Shown: one piece after another, positions 19,766 through 28,225 of the stretch
Layout of the letters: each line of letters begins with the position of its first letter
Position numbering within the stretch: position 1 is the stretch's first letter
Origin: Acidimicrobiia bacterium
Lineage (GTDB): Bacteria > Actinomycetota > Acidimicrobiia > Spongiisociales > UBA11373
Direction: 5' to 3'
Length of the DNA: 60,438 nt
NCBI GenBank assembly: GCA_035286665.1
Contig: DATECY010000087.1
Location: 1 to 60,438 of the forward strand
The notes under the pieces: model-generated
What the model was told of the DNA's origin: nothing
Seen by the model: the letters and a program-made list of their open reading frames with translations, nothing else
Databases searched by the model: none
Position numbers and translations under genes: made by a program

Positions 19766-19874
19766 CAGACGGCAAAGAGTGAGGTGGCGAGCGAAACGCG
19801 AGATCCCGCCAGGGGTTCTCTGCCGGTAGCCAGTAGCGGGAAGCTGAGAGCTCCTCGCAGGTAGCGGCACGCCT

Positions 19875-20666
19875 CTACCCGGGCTTCTGGCCGGGTTCCA
19901 GCATGCGGTTGCGCAGCGACATCACCGACTTGGTGTGGATCTGACAAATCCGCGACTCGGTGACACCGAGCACATCGCCGATCTCGGCCAGAGTGAGCCC
20001 TTCGTAGTAGTAGAGCGTCACCACCAGTCGTTCCCGCTCCGGAAGCCGGTTGATGGCGTCGGTGAGAACGAACCGATTCTCCTGCTGCTCGAAGCTCGAC
20101 CCGGGGTCGATCCCGCGGGGGTCCGACAACAGCTCGCCCATCGTCGCCGAACCCCGCTCGCTCGGATCGATCAGTTCGTCGAGTGCGACGAATCCGAGTC
20201 CGGCGATCTCCCCCAGTTGATTCTGCAGCGTTTCGAGAGGAACCCCCATGTGCTCAGCGAGCTCATCTTCGGTGGCGCTGCGCTTGAGGCGATGCTCGAG
20301 CTCGTCGAGCGACCTCTGGATTTCGCGCGCCCTCGACCGCACCGACCGGGGCACCCAGTCGAGCGCCCGCAATTCGTCGAGGATGGCCCCTTTGATACGG
20401 TTGACGGCGTAGGTCTCGAACTTGAAGCCGCGCTCTGGTTCGAACTTGTCGATGGCGTCGATCAGCCCGAACATGCCGTAGGAGATGAGATCGGCCTGCT
20501 CGACGTTGCGGGGCAGACCGACACCGACGCGGCCGGCGACGAACTTCACCAACGGCGAGAAGTGCAGGATGAGCCCCTCGCGGGCTTCCTGATCACCGGA
20601 TTCCTTGAATCGGCGCCAATACCCGTCCAGGTCCGAGGGCTCAGGCGCGCGGGTGCGATCGCTCAT
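19875..20666 (-). CDS. whiG: RNA polymerase sigma factor, FliA/WhiG (sigma-28) family
   Basis: Regions 2-4 recognisable: [41 protein letters not shown] and [24 protein letters not shown]. Same position next to rpsB as whiG in Streptomyces. 26-nt overlap with the xerC end. Confidence 0.85.
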   Translation of the reverse strand: MSDRTRAPEPSDLDGYWRRFKESGDQEAREGLILHFSPLVKFVAGRVGVGLPRNVEQADLISYGMFGLIDAIDKFEPERGFKFETYAVNRIKGAILDELRALDWVPRSVRSRAREIQRSLDELEHRLKRSATEDELAEHMGVPLETLQNQLGEIAGLGFVALDELIDPSERGSATMGELLSDPRGIDPGSSFEQQENRFVLTDAINRLPERERLVVTLYYYEGLTLAEIGDVLGVTESRICQIHTKSVMSLRNRMLEPGQKPG

Positions 20667-21534
20667 AACTCGCCTTGAGGTGTTGACGGGACACGGCAGT
20701 GTAAGTCTGGGTAGTGGCAAGTTCAATGTGCCCGAGGAGTTCCTGCACTGTTCGCAGGTCCGCGCCGCCCTCCAGGAGGTGGGTGGCGAACGAGTGCCGG
20801 AGGGCATGGGGGAAGGTGCCGAGGCGCCACCGGACCACACGCCGGACCCCGCGAGCGCCCAAGGGACCACCCCGAACACCCAGCCACAGGTGTTCGGCGG
20901 ACCCTTCCGCGACCAGCGCAGAACGCCCGGCGGCGAGATATCGATCCACGGTGCGACGCGCCTGGCCGGCGAGCGGGACCACCCTCTCCTTGGAACCCTT
21001 CCCGAGCACCCTCACCAACTCGACGCCGTCCACATCGTGCACCTCGAGCCCGGCGAGCTCGGACACTCGGAGACCGGTGCCGTACAGGGTCTCGAGGATC
21101 GCTCGATCGCGGAGGTCGATTGGCGTGTCGCCGTCGATCGAATCGAGCATCTCTCCCAGCGCTCTCGCCGGAACCGACTTGGGGAGTCGCGAGGGATGCC
21201 GCCGTGTTGGAAGGTCGACTGTCGGGTCGGCCGGCACGAGCACCCGACGCACCGCATCGGCAAAGAACGAACGGATTGCCGACGCCTTGCGCGCGATGGA
21301 GGCAGCGGCATAGCCGCGAGAAACGAGCTGTGCCTGAAAGCGCCGGACGGTGTGACGATCGACGCTCATGAAGGAGCGGATACCCATGCGATCACAGAAC
21401 TCGAAGAACTGAGCCAGGTCACGTCCATAGGCCCCCGTGGTATTGACCGACAGACCGCGCTCGGCTCCGAGGCGTTCCAGGAACGAGGCCGTCTCCGATT
21501 CTGCCCATGTGGGGATTTCCGGTACGTGGCTCAC
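20641..21534 (-). CDS. xerC: site-specific tyrosine recombinase XerC/XerD
   Basis: GLRVSELAGL, HALRHSFATHLL and LGHIELATTQTYT (R..HxxR..Y) catalytic pattern. GTG start with GGAG upstream. Confidence 0.9.
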   Translation of the reverse strand: MSHVPEIPTWAESETASFLERLGAERGLSVNTTGAYGRDLAQFFEFCDRMGIRSFMSVDRHTVRRFQAQLVSRGYAAASIARKASAIRSFFADAVRRVLVPADPTVDLPTRRHPSRLPKSVPARALGEMLDSIDGDTPIDLRDRAILETLYGTGLRVSELAGLEVHDVDGVELVRVLGKGSKERVVPLAGQARRTVDRYLAAGRSALVAEGSAEHLWLGVRGGPLGARGVRRVVRWRLGTFPHALRHSFATHLLEGGADLRTVQELLGHIELATTQTYTAVSRQHLKASYERSHPRA

Positions 21535-21565
21535 CGCTCCATCGTTGCCGCCGGGCGTGCCCCGG

Positions 21566-22615
21566 TCAACGACCGGGGAAGATCAGCTCTCCTTCCCGGC
21601 GAATCGTCCCATCCAGTTCGAGACGCCCGAGGAACGCCAGGAGCGCCGTCCCGGTGATGCCGAGACGACGTCCCACGTCATCGACGGTGGCTCCCCCGGG
21701 CCCGACGAGCGCGGGCCCGTCATCTTCGATCGCCGGCGACGGCACCGGCGCCGAGCGCTCCTCCGGTGGGCCGAGGACCAACCCCAACGCCTCGATCAGG
21801 TCGGTCGAATCGAACACCGGTATCGCGCCGTCGCGGATGAGCCGGTTGCACCCGGCGGACGCCTCCCGGTCGATGTCACCGGGCACGGCGAACACGGCCC
21901 GGCCCTGCTCGGCGGCCCGCGCTGCGGTGACGAGCGCACCACCGGTGGTCGCCGCCTCGACCACCACGACCGCGTCGGCCAGACCCGAGATGATCCGATT
22001 GCGCGGGGGGAACCGCCACCCGTTCGGCGGGGTTCCCGGCGGGTACTCGGTTATGACCGCTCCTCCCAGATCCAGCAGCCGATCCCGCAAGGGGCCGTGC
22101 TCTCGGGGGTAGACGACGTCGGACCCGGATCCGAGCACGGCGACGCCGACACCTCCAGCCTCGACGGTGCCCTCATGCGCGGCGCCATCGATGCCACGCG
22201 CCAGGCCCGACACCAGCGACCACCCCGCCTCCGCGATCGCTCGGCCGTACGCCGCGGCGATACGGGTGCCGTAGTTGGTGCATCGGCGGGTGCCCACGAC
22301 CGCCACCCCTGCAGAGCGCGGGAGCGAGCCAGTGACGAACAGGACATCGGGAGGATCGATGATGGAGGCCAGCGCGGGCGGATAGTCGAGGTCTCCCAGC
22401 ATCACAATGGTGCAGCCTGCCGCCCGGACCGCGGCCCGAGCGGCATCGGCAGGGACCGCCGACAGGGGATCGACGCCGTCGACCCTTCCGCGACGGATCG
22501 ACGCCAGCGCATCTGCGGTCCCACCGCATCGCTCCACGACGACCCGAACACGATCTGGATGAAGGCCGAGGAAGGCCACGGTCAATCGATCGTCGCGGGT
22601 GACGGCGGTGCTCAT
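21566..22615 (-). CDS. dprA: DNA-processing protein DprA
   Basis: VVGTRRCTNYG, SGLARGIDGAAHEG and a Rossmann-like core. ATGA overlap with the comM stop. A hairpin CCCCGGTC-aac-GACCGGGG (21560-21578) spans its stop codon. Confidence 0.9.
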   Translation of the reverse strand: MSTAVTRDDRLTVAFLGLHPDRVRVVVERCGGTADALASIRRGRVDGVDPLSAVPADAARAAVRAAGCTIVMLGDLDYPPALASIIDPPDVLFVTGSLPRSAGVAVVGTRRCTNYGTRIAAAYGRAIAEAGWSLVSGLARGIDGAAHEGTVEAGGVGVAVLGSGSDVVYPREHGPLRDRLLDLGGAVITEYPPGTPPNGWRFPPRNRIISGLADAVVVVEAATTGGALVTAARAAEQGRAVFAVPGDIDREASAGCNRLIRDGAIPVFDSTDLIEALGLVLGPPEERSAPVPSPAIEDDGPALVGPGGATVDDVGRRLGITGTALLAFLGRLELDGTIRREGELIFPGR

Positions 22616-24081
22616 GGCGCACCCCGCAGGGCCATGGCTTCCGCGACGTGATCTCCGCTGACCACCTCGGCCCTCTCCAGGTCGGCGATGGTGCGTGCCA
22701 CCCTGCGCACCCGGTCCCATCCCCTGCCGGTGAGGCCGAGGCGGTTCATCGCCGAACGCAACAGGCGCTCAGAGTCGGCGTCCCACGGGAGACGATCGAG
22801 ATCGTCACGCGAGAGTGTGCGATTGAGCGCACCCCGTTGTGCCTGGGCGCGGCGCGCCGACTCCACCCGGGTACGCACCACCACCGACGCCTCGCCCTGC
22901 GGTCCGAGGAGCTCGTCCACCTCCACTCGGGGCACGGCGACTCGCATGTCGAAGCGGTCGAGCAACGGGCCGGACAGGCGGGCTCGGTACCGGTCCACCA
23001 TCCCCGAAGAGCATCGGCACGGCGTTCGGTCGTCACCCCGGTAGCCGCACGGGCAGGGGTTGGTCGCCGCCACCAATTGGACCCGGCACGGGAAGCTGAC
23101 GGAGACACCCTTACGAGCAATGTGGACCCGGCCCTCTTCGATCGGTTGCCGAAGGGTGTCGAGGAGGTGCACCGGGAATTCGGCGAGTTCATCGAGGAAG
23201 AGGACGCCTCGATCGGCGAGCGTGAGTTCCCCGGGGACGGGCACACCCGAGCCGCCACCAAGGATTGCCGCCGCGGTGGCACTGTGGTGGGGGCTGCGGA
23301 ACGGCGGCCGTGGCCCGACGGCAGGCGGCCGTCCGGCAGCGGCGTGAGCCTGGGCGACCTCCAGCGCTTCGCTCGGGGAAAGATCGGGAAGCACGCCGGG
23401 AAGCGCTCTGGCGAGCATGGTCTTGCCTGCCCCCGGCGGGCCCACGAACATGAGGTGGTGACCGCCGGCGGCGGCCACTTCGAGGGCGCGCCGTGCAACC
23501 GCCTGACCCCGCACCGAGGCGAGGTCTGCTGCCGGGGGACCCGGAACGGCAGCCTCGAGGCCACCCGACTCTCCGTGGTCCTCTCCGAGAGCCACCGCTA
23601 CCGCGTGCGCCAGGCTGCGCACACCGCGCACGTCTGCCCGCGAGAGAGCGGCCTCGGTGACTCCGTCCCGGGCGACGAGGCACATCGATTCGCTCCGACG
23701 CGCCACGATGCCGGCGGCGAGGCCACCCCTCGCAGACCGCACGGTGCCGTCGAGTGCGAGCTCGCCGATCGCCACGACGTCGGTCACGGCGTGGAGCACC
23801 TCACCCGAGGCGGCAAGCACGCCGAGAGCAATCGGGAGGTCGTAGGCGGAGCCGACCTTCGGCACGTCGGCAGGCGCCAGGTTCACCGTCACCCAACGGG
23901 CGGGAAACTCGTGGCCGGACGAGGCGATGGCCGACCGAACCCGTTCCCGAGCCTCGCGCACCGCGGCATCGGGCAACCCGACGATGGTGAAGCCTCTCGT
24001 CCTGCCCGAAACGTGGACTTCGACGCGGATCGGACTCGGCTCGACGCCGACGAGAGCTGCGGAGGTGACAGACGCGAACAT
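22612..24081 (-). CDS. comM: YifB/ComM family Mg-chelatase-like AAA+ ATPase
   Basis: N-terminal Lon-like domain, Walker A FVGPPGAGKTMLA, Walker B GVLFLDELAEF. Confidence 0.92.
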   Translation of the reverse strand: MFASVTSAALVGVEPSPIRVEVHVSGRTRGFTIVGLPDAAVREARERVRSAIASSGHEFPARWVTVNLAPADVPKVGSAYDLPIALGVLAASGEVLHAVTDVVAIGELALDGTVRSARGGLAAGIVARRSESMCLVARDGVTEAALSRADVRGVRSLAHAVAVALGEDHGESGGLEAAVPGPPAADLASVRGQAVARRALEVAAAGGHHLMFVGPPGAGKTMLARALPGVLPDLSPSEALEVAQAHAAAGRPPAVGPRPPFRSPHHSATAAAILGGGSGVPVPGELTLADRGVLFLDELAEFPVHLLDTLRQPIEEGRVHIARKGVSVSFPCRVQLVAATNPCPCGYRGDDRTPCRCSSGMVDRYRARLSGPLLDRFDMRVAVPRVEVDELLGPQGEASVVVRTRVESARRAQAQRGALNRTLSRDDLDRLPWDADSERLLRSAMNRLGLTGRGWDRVRRVARTIADLERAEVVSGDHVAEAMALRGAP

Positions 24082-24124
24082 GGTGCCAAGGTATGGCCGG
24101 GGTGTGACGCGAGCTGCTCAGGGC

Positions 24125-24150
24125 GTCCGCCAATAGGCGGGCCCTCTCAG
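24125..24150. repeat. copy 1 of a duplicated motif: GTCCGC-hairpin(CCGCC aata GGCGG)-GCCCTCTCAG
   Basis: Direct reading. See copy 2 at 24215-24242. Confidence 0.7.
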
Positions 24151-24214
24151 CTGAAGGCTCTTCGGCCGGAGGCCTCATCGCGGTGCGATTGGGGCCCCCA
24201 GCCCCAACCGCCGA

Positions 24215-24242
24215 GTCCGCGCCTATCGGCGCGCCCTCTCAG
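24215..24242. repeat. copy 2 of the duplicated motif: GTCCGC-hairpin(GCGCC tatc GGCGC)-GCCCTCTCAG
   Basis: Direct reading. The stem sequence differs from copy 1 but stays complementary. Confidence 0.7.
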
Positions 24243-24291
24243 AGCGGGCGCACAGAGGCGGTGTCGGGGCGAGGCGGCCGGAGCAGACGCA

Positions 24292-25059
24292 TCACCGTCC
24301 CTTGAATTCCGGAACCCGTTTCTGCACGAACGCGGCCACACCCTCGATCACGTCCTCGGACGCCAGCAGCAGCGCCTGGGAGCGCTGCTCGTAGGCGAGC
24401 GCCTCGCCGAACGCCATCTCGAACGCCCGATCGAGTCCTGCCTTGATGAACCGCTGTGCCAGCGGAGCCCCCGCGGCGAGTTCCGCGGCGAGCAGCGACA
24501 CCTCGTCACGGAGCCGATCGACCGGCACGACCCTGCCGACGATCCCGATCCGCTCTGCCTCGGCGGCGTCGAGCACCCGACCGGTGAGGGCGAGCTCCTT
24601 TGCCCTGGCCATCCCCACCCTGCGCGGGAGGAGCCAGGTGCCACCGAAGTCGATCGTCAAACCGCGCTTCACGAAGATCTCCGAAAACCGTGCCCGCTCG
24701 GTGGCCACGACCAGGTCACAGCCGAGTGCCAGGTTCATCCCCGCGCCGACTGCGACACCGTCGACGGCGGCGATCGTCGGTTTCGTCAGAGAGTGAAGCA
24801 CCTCGGCGGCGCGACCGACATGGGCCATCACCTGATAGCCGGAGGCGACGGACCCGGGCGAAAACGAACTCCCCAGGTCGGCGCCCGAGCAGAAGTCCTC
24901 TCCGGCTCCACGGATCACGAGCACACGAGCGTCAGAGGTCCCGAAATCGGCAAGCAACTCCGCAAGCCGCTCCCACTGGTCGAACGGCACGGCGTTGCGG
25001 TGAGCGGGGTTGTCGATGATCAGCCACCGGACGGGCCCCTCGTCGCGGACCTGGAACAT
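24292..25059 (-). CDS. enoyl-CoA hydratase/isomerase (crotonase) family protein
   Basis: MFQVRDEGPVRWLIIDNPAHRNA start, then VLVIRGAGEDFCSGADL and AAVDGVAVGAGMNLALGCDL oxyanion-hole motifs. Confidence 0.88.
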   Translation of the reverse strand: MFQVRDEGPVRWLIIDNPAHRNAVPFDQWERLAELLADFGTSDARVLVIRGAGEDFCSGADLGSSFSPGSVASGYQVMAHVGRAAEVLHSLTKPTIAAVDGVAVGAGMNLALGCDLVVATERARFSEIFVKRGLTIDFGGTWLLPRRVGMARAKELALTGRVLDAAEAERIGIVGRVVPVDRLRDEVSLLAAELAAGAPLAQRFIKAGLDRAFEMAFGEALAYEQRSQALLLASEDVIEGVAAFVQKRVPEFKGR

Positions 25060-25098
25060 GAAGGGCACACTACCGCCCGCCAAGTGGTGGCTCCTACC

Positions 25099-25224
25099 AT
25101 GCCGGCCGTGGGCTTCGACCCGTTCCGGCACCAGCGCACGCGCCCCGGCGACGTGTACATCGTGGCGGCGACCATCGTGGTCGCTCTCGGCCTCGTGCTG
25201 TGGGCGATGCTCTCCGGCCGGTGA
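25099..25224 (+). CDS. possible 41-aa single-TM small protein
   Basis: MPAVGFDPFRHQRTRPGDVYIVAATIVVALGLVLWAMLSGR has one clear hydrophobic helix. Its TGA overlaps an in-frame GTG (25221) of the next ORF as GTGA. No homology recognised. Confidence 0.3.
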   Translation: MPAVGFDPFRHQRTRPGDVYIVAATIVVALGLVLWAMLSGR

Positions 25225-25454
25225 CCCGTTCCGAGGCCCCACGAGGGCGTGATACCGAAACGGTGACGGTCGTACAACCGTACGCGGCGCGCAAACGATA
25301 CGTGTGCCCGGGATGCGACGGCTTCATAGAGTCGGGAGAAGGCCACCTCGTCGTCGTGCCCGACGACCACCCGGACCTGCGGCGACACTGGCATCGGGCA
25401 TGCTGGTTCCTCGAGCAACGCCGGCGCCACGGCCACCGGAAGGACTACTGCTAG
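25200..25454 (+). CDS. small Cys/His-rich (zinc-ribbon-like) conserved actinobacterial protein (relatives are often annotated ATP/GTP-binding protein)
   Basis: The RKRYVCPGCDGFIESGEGHLVVVPDDHPDLRRHWHRACW pattern matches a family I recall from Streptomyces. Start uncertain (ATG 25200, GTG 25221 or GTG 25263). The stop overlaps the yraN stop convergently. Confidence 0.55.
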   Translation: MGDALRPVTRSEAPRGRDTETVTVVQPYAARKRYVCPGCDGFIESGEGHLVVVPDDHPDLRRHWHRACWFLEQRRRHGHRKDYC

Positions 25455-25876
25455 AGGACGCCCCTGATCCACCGCACCGTCGCCCCGCCGGAATCGAACC
25501 GGACCGTGACGAGGTCGACCCTGTCGGGGCGGGGGCGGACACCATCGGCAGCCGCTCGCATGCGGCGGCGCTTCTCCTGGGTGATCTGGTCGGCAGGATC
25601 CTCGCCGACCCTCGTCTTGACCTCGACGGCCGCAACGATGCCGTCGACGCGAACGAGCAGGTCGATCTCGCCGCGGCCGGAGGGGAGGTTCCGTGCGATC
25701 GGCCGAGCCCCGCGTCGGATCAGGAACCGGAGGGCAACCGCCTCACCGACCGCCCCTAGATGTCGCCTGGCTCGGGCGGCTTGAACTCCGGATGCTCCAG
25801 TTCCTCGACGTTGACGTCGCGGAAGGTGAGCACCCGAACCTTCTTGAGGAACCGGGCGGGCCGGTACATGTCCCAC
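25451..25876 (-). CDS. yraN: YraN family (UPF0102) endonuclease-like protein
   Basis: Core LGAVGEAVALRFLIRRGARPIARNLPSGRGEIDLLVRVDGIVAAVEVKTR. The only canonical in-frame start upstream of the core is GTG 25876, which gives a 121-nt out-of-frame overlap with the DUF2469 gene. The start is therefore uncertain. Confidence 0.75.
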   Translation of the reverse strand: MGHVPARPVPQEGSGAHLPRRQRRGTGASGVQAARARRHLGAVGEAVALRFLIRRGARPIARNLPSGRGEIDLLVRVDGIVAAVEVKTRVGEDPADQITQEKRRRMRAAADGVRPRPDRVDLVTVRFDSGGATVRWIRGVL

Positions 25877-26073
25877 ACCCAAGCGTCCTCGAGCAGGATC
25901 TCGAAGAAGACCGAACCGTTGCCTTCGCGGGTGTTGAGATCCACGCGGTTGGCGAGGTAGAACCGTCGTTCGGTCTCGATGACGAAGCGGAACATCGGGA
26001 GTACGTCCCGATACTCCCGATAGATCTGGAGTTCGACGTCGGACTCGTACCGCTCGAGATCCTCTTCGCTCAT
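25756..26073 (-). CDS. DUF2469 protein (Rv2901c-like)
   Basis: MSEEDLERYESDVELQIYREYRDVLPMFRFVIETERRFYLAN closely matches the conserved DUF2469 N-terminus. Confidence 0.9.
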   Translation of the reverse strand: MSEEDLERYESDVELQIYREYRDVLPMFRFVIETERRFYLANRVDLNTREGNGSVFFEILLEDAWVWDMYRPARFLKKVRVLTFRDVNVEELEHPEFKPPEPGDI

Positions 26074-26248
26074 CGTGGTCTCCTGACGCCCCGGTGATCC
26101 GACCGGGCGTGAGCGCGAATGTTACCCACGGGCGGATGCGACGCGTCAGGGGCATGGCGATGAGATATCACGGGCATGCGACACCGGTCCCCAGATGCAC
26201 GGCGCACGACCGGACACCGTCCTCGTGCTCCTGGCCACTTGACGCCTA

Positions 26249-26974
26249 TTAGAGCCCACCCCATCGACCCGGCGGCCACACCCGGACGAACGCTCTGCCG
26301 ATGATGTCCGAGTCGGGTATCGGCCCGAACACGCGCCCGTCCTCGGACTGATTGCGGTTGTCCCCCATGACGAACACGTAGCCCTGCGGGATCGTCAGCG
26401 GCCCGAAGGCATCCATGTTCACGGGGCGGGTCAGGTAGGGCTCGTCGATGGCAACACCGTCGATGTATATCCGATTGCCCTTGATCTCGATGGTTTCGCC
26501 TCCAAGGGCGATCACCCGCTTGATGAGAGCGGACTCGGGAGTGGACAGCCCGAGGGCCTCCCCGACGTTGCGGACGACCCTTCCCAGGAACGACTCGGTC
26601 TGGTCGTGGGCGACGAGCGGTGAGTCGAAGACGATGACGTCGCCGCGGTGGGGCTCGCCGAAGCGATAGGCGAGCTTGTTCACCATGACGCGGTCTCCCT
26701 CGAGGAGCGTGTCGTGCATCGATGCCGACGGGATGAAGAAGGCCTGGATGAGGAACGTCTTGATGATGACCGCCACCACGAGGGCGACGACGATGAGGAA
26801 CGGGAGCTCCTTCCAGAACGAGCGTACGGCATCCGCCTTCTCGCCCTGCTCCTGGGCGGTTGCCCGGAGACGATCGAGGTCGGGGTCACCCGTGTCGAAC
26901 GGATCAGACACCCCATCGTCGGCGGTGTCGAAGGCGGGCGCGGCGGGATCGTCGTCGAAGGGGCCGGAAGTCAC
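26249..26974 (-). CDS. lepB: signal peptidase I
   Basis: TM helix followed by the IPSASMHDTL Ser box, RGDVIVF, and a GDNRNQSEDGR box. Confidence 0.92.
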   Translation of the reverse strand: MTSGPFDDDPAAPAFDTADDGVSDPFDTGDPDLDRLRATAQEQGEKADAVRSFWKELPFLIVVALVVAVIIKTFLIQAFFIPSASMHDTLLEGDRVMVNKLAYRFGEPHRGDVIVFDSPLVAHDQTESFLGRVVRNVGEALGLSTPESALIKRVIALGGETIEIKGNRIYIDGVAIDEPYLTRPVNMDAFGPLTIPQGYVFVMGDNRNQSEDGRVFGPIPDSDIIGRAFVRVWPPGRWGGL

Positions 26975-27084
26975 GAGGGGAGACGATACCGGGAAGTGCG
27001 AGCCAAGCGGCGCAAGGGAGCCACCGGCTGCACACTGGTCACAGTCACCGATGATCTTGCCGAGGCCAGAAGTCGGAAGCTTCT

Positions 27085-27435
27085 TCAGCGATTCCGCTTC
27101 TCCTTTATGCGGGTCGCCTTCGACCCGACCCGGTCGCGCAGGTAGTACAGCTTGGCGCGACGGACCAGGCCCTTCCTGGTCACTTCGATCGACGAGATGA
27201 TCGGGGCGTGGACGGGGAAGATGCGCTCGACCCCCACCCCGAAGGAGATCTTCCGAACGGTGAAGCTGGCGTTGAGGCCGCCGCCGTTGCGGGCGATGAC
27301 GTTGCCTTCGAAGGCCTGCACGCGCTCACGGCCGCCCTCGACGACACGGACATTGACCTTGACGGTGTCGCCGGGCCCGAAGTCGGGAATGTCGTCGCGC
27401 AGATAGGCGCCCTCGACGTGATCGAGTTTGTTCAT
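27085..27435 (-). CDS. rplS: 50S ribosomal protein L19
   Basis: MNKLDHVE...[34 protein letters not shown] lies 7 nt upstream. The 179-aa track ORF is over-extended. Confidence 0.95.
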   Translation of the reverse strand: MNKLDHVEGAYLRDDIPDFGPGDTVKVNVRVVEGGRERVQAFEGNVIARNGGGLNASFTVRKISFGVGVERIFPVHAPIISSIEVTRKGLVRRAKLYYLRDRVGSKATRIKEKRNR

Positions 27436-27485
27436 CGAAATGACCTCCGGACGGGTCGCGGACGGACGTCCGGCGGCGGCGAATT

Positions 27486-28175
27486 CTAGCCGGGTCCAAG
27501 ATCGTCGGAGAAATCCCCGAGAAGGTCGGGGCGCCGCTCCCTGGTCCGACGCAGCCGCTCGGCGTGTCGCCACTCCGCGACCTTGCCGTGATCCCCCGAC
27601 AGCAAGACGTCTGGCACCTTCCAACCCCGGAACTCTGCGGGCCGGGTGTACTGAGACTCGGCAAGGAGCCCTTCGCGAAAGCTCTCGGCCTCGGTCGAAC
27701 CGGGATTGCCGACGACGCCGGGAATCAGCCGGGCAACACCCTCGATCACGGCGGCGGCCGCAGCTTCGCCTCCTGCGAGGACGAAATCACCGAGGGACAC
27801 CTGCTCGTCGACGAGATGCTCCCCCACCCGCTCGTCGACCCCCTCAAACCGTCCGCAGACGAGCGTCAGCCACTCGAGACCCGCCCACCGATCCAACATT
27901 CGCTGATGCAGCGGCACTCCCACCGGCGTGAGCAGGACCCGGTGGCTGGCGGCAAGTGGCTCCAGCGCCGATGCGATCGGCTCCACCATCATCACCATCC
28001 CCGGACCCCCACCGAACGGAGAATCATCCACCTGTCGATGCCGGCCGAGGCCGTGGCTTCTCAGGTCCACGAGATCCACCTCGATGAGCCCCTCCCCGAT
28101 CGCACGGCCGACGATGCTGACGCCGAGCGCGCCAGCGAAGAACTCGGGGAACAACGTGACCACGGAGAACCGCAT
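27486..28175 (-). CDS. trmD: tRNA (guanine37-N1)-methyltransferase
   Basis: [13 protein letters not shown] start, [26 protein letters not shown]. Confidence 0.95.
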   Translation of the reverse strand: MRFSVVTLFPEFFAGALGVSIVGRAIGEGLIEVDLVDLRSHGLGRHRQVDDSPFGGGPGMVMMVEPIASALEPLAASHRVLLTPVGVPLHQRMLDRWAGLEWLTLVCGRFEGVDERVGEHLVDEQVSLGDFVLAGGEAAAAAVIEGVARLIPGVVGNPGSTEAESFREGLLAESQYTRPAEFRGWKVPDVLLSGDHGKVAEWRHAERLRRTRERRPDLLGDFSDDLGPG

Positions 28176-28225
28176 GAGGGCAGCGTATCGCCCTCCCCCG
28201 GTCTGCCCCTTGGTATCGTCGCCGC

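Noticed and set aside
20641-21534. Tyrosine recombinase as a marker of an integrated mobile element
   Set aside because: The XerC/D-type sequence sits in the conserved whiG-xerC-dprA-comM housekeeping context. There are no flanking att-like repeats, tRNA or phage genes.
24082-24291. Possible tRNA or small-RNA gene in the comM/crotonase spacer, and the same question for the other spacers (19580-19874, 26074-26248, 45869-46107)
   Set aside because: No cloverleaf-compatible arms or GTTCGAATC-type T-loop were seen by eye. Only the duplicated hairpin motif is reported. A covariance-model scan is still needed for ncRNAs.
25451-26155. 234-aa version of YraN
   Set aside because: It would fully overlap the well-conserved DUF2469 gene. 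Only the C-terminal ~100 aa resemble YraN.
26074-26248. Expected rnhB between lepB and the DUF2469 gene (as in mycobacteria)
   Set aside because: The 175-nt spacer has no ORF with RNase HII motifs. I treat this as a simple synteny difference rather than a pseudogene, because no remnant motifs are visible.
27447-27473. Hairpin CCGGACG...CGTCCGG in the trmD/rplS spacer as a regulatory SD-sequestering element
   Set aside because: The stem is only 7 bp with a 13-nt loop and only partly touches the SD. That is too weak to call without conservation data.
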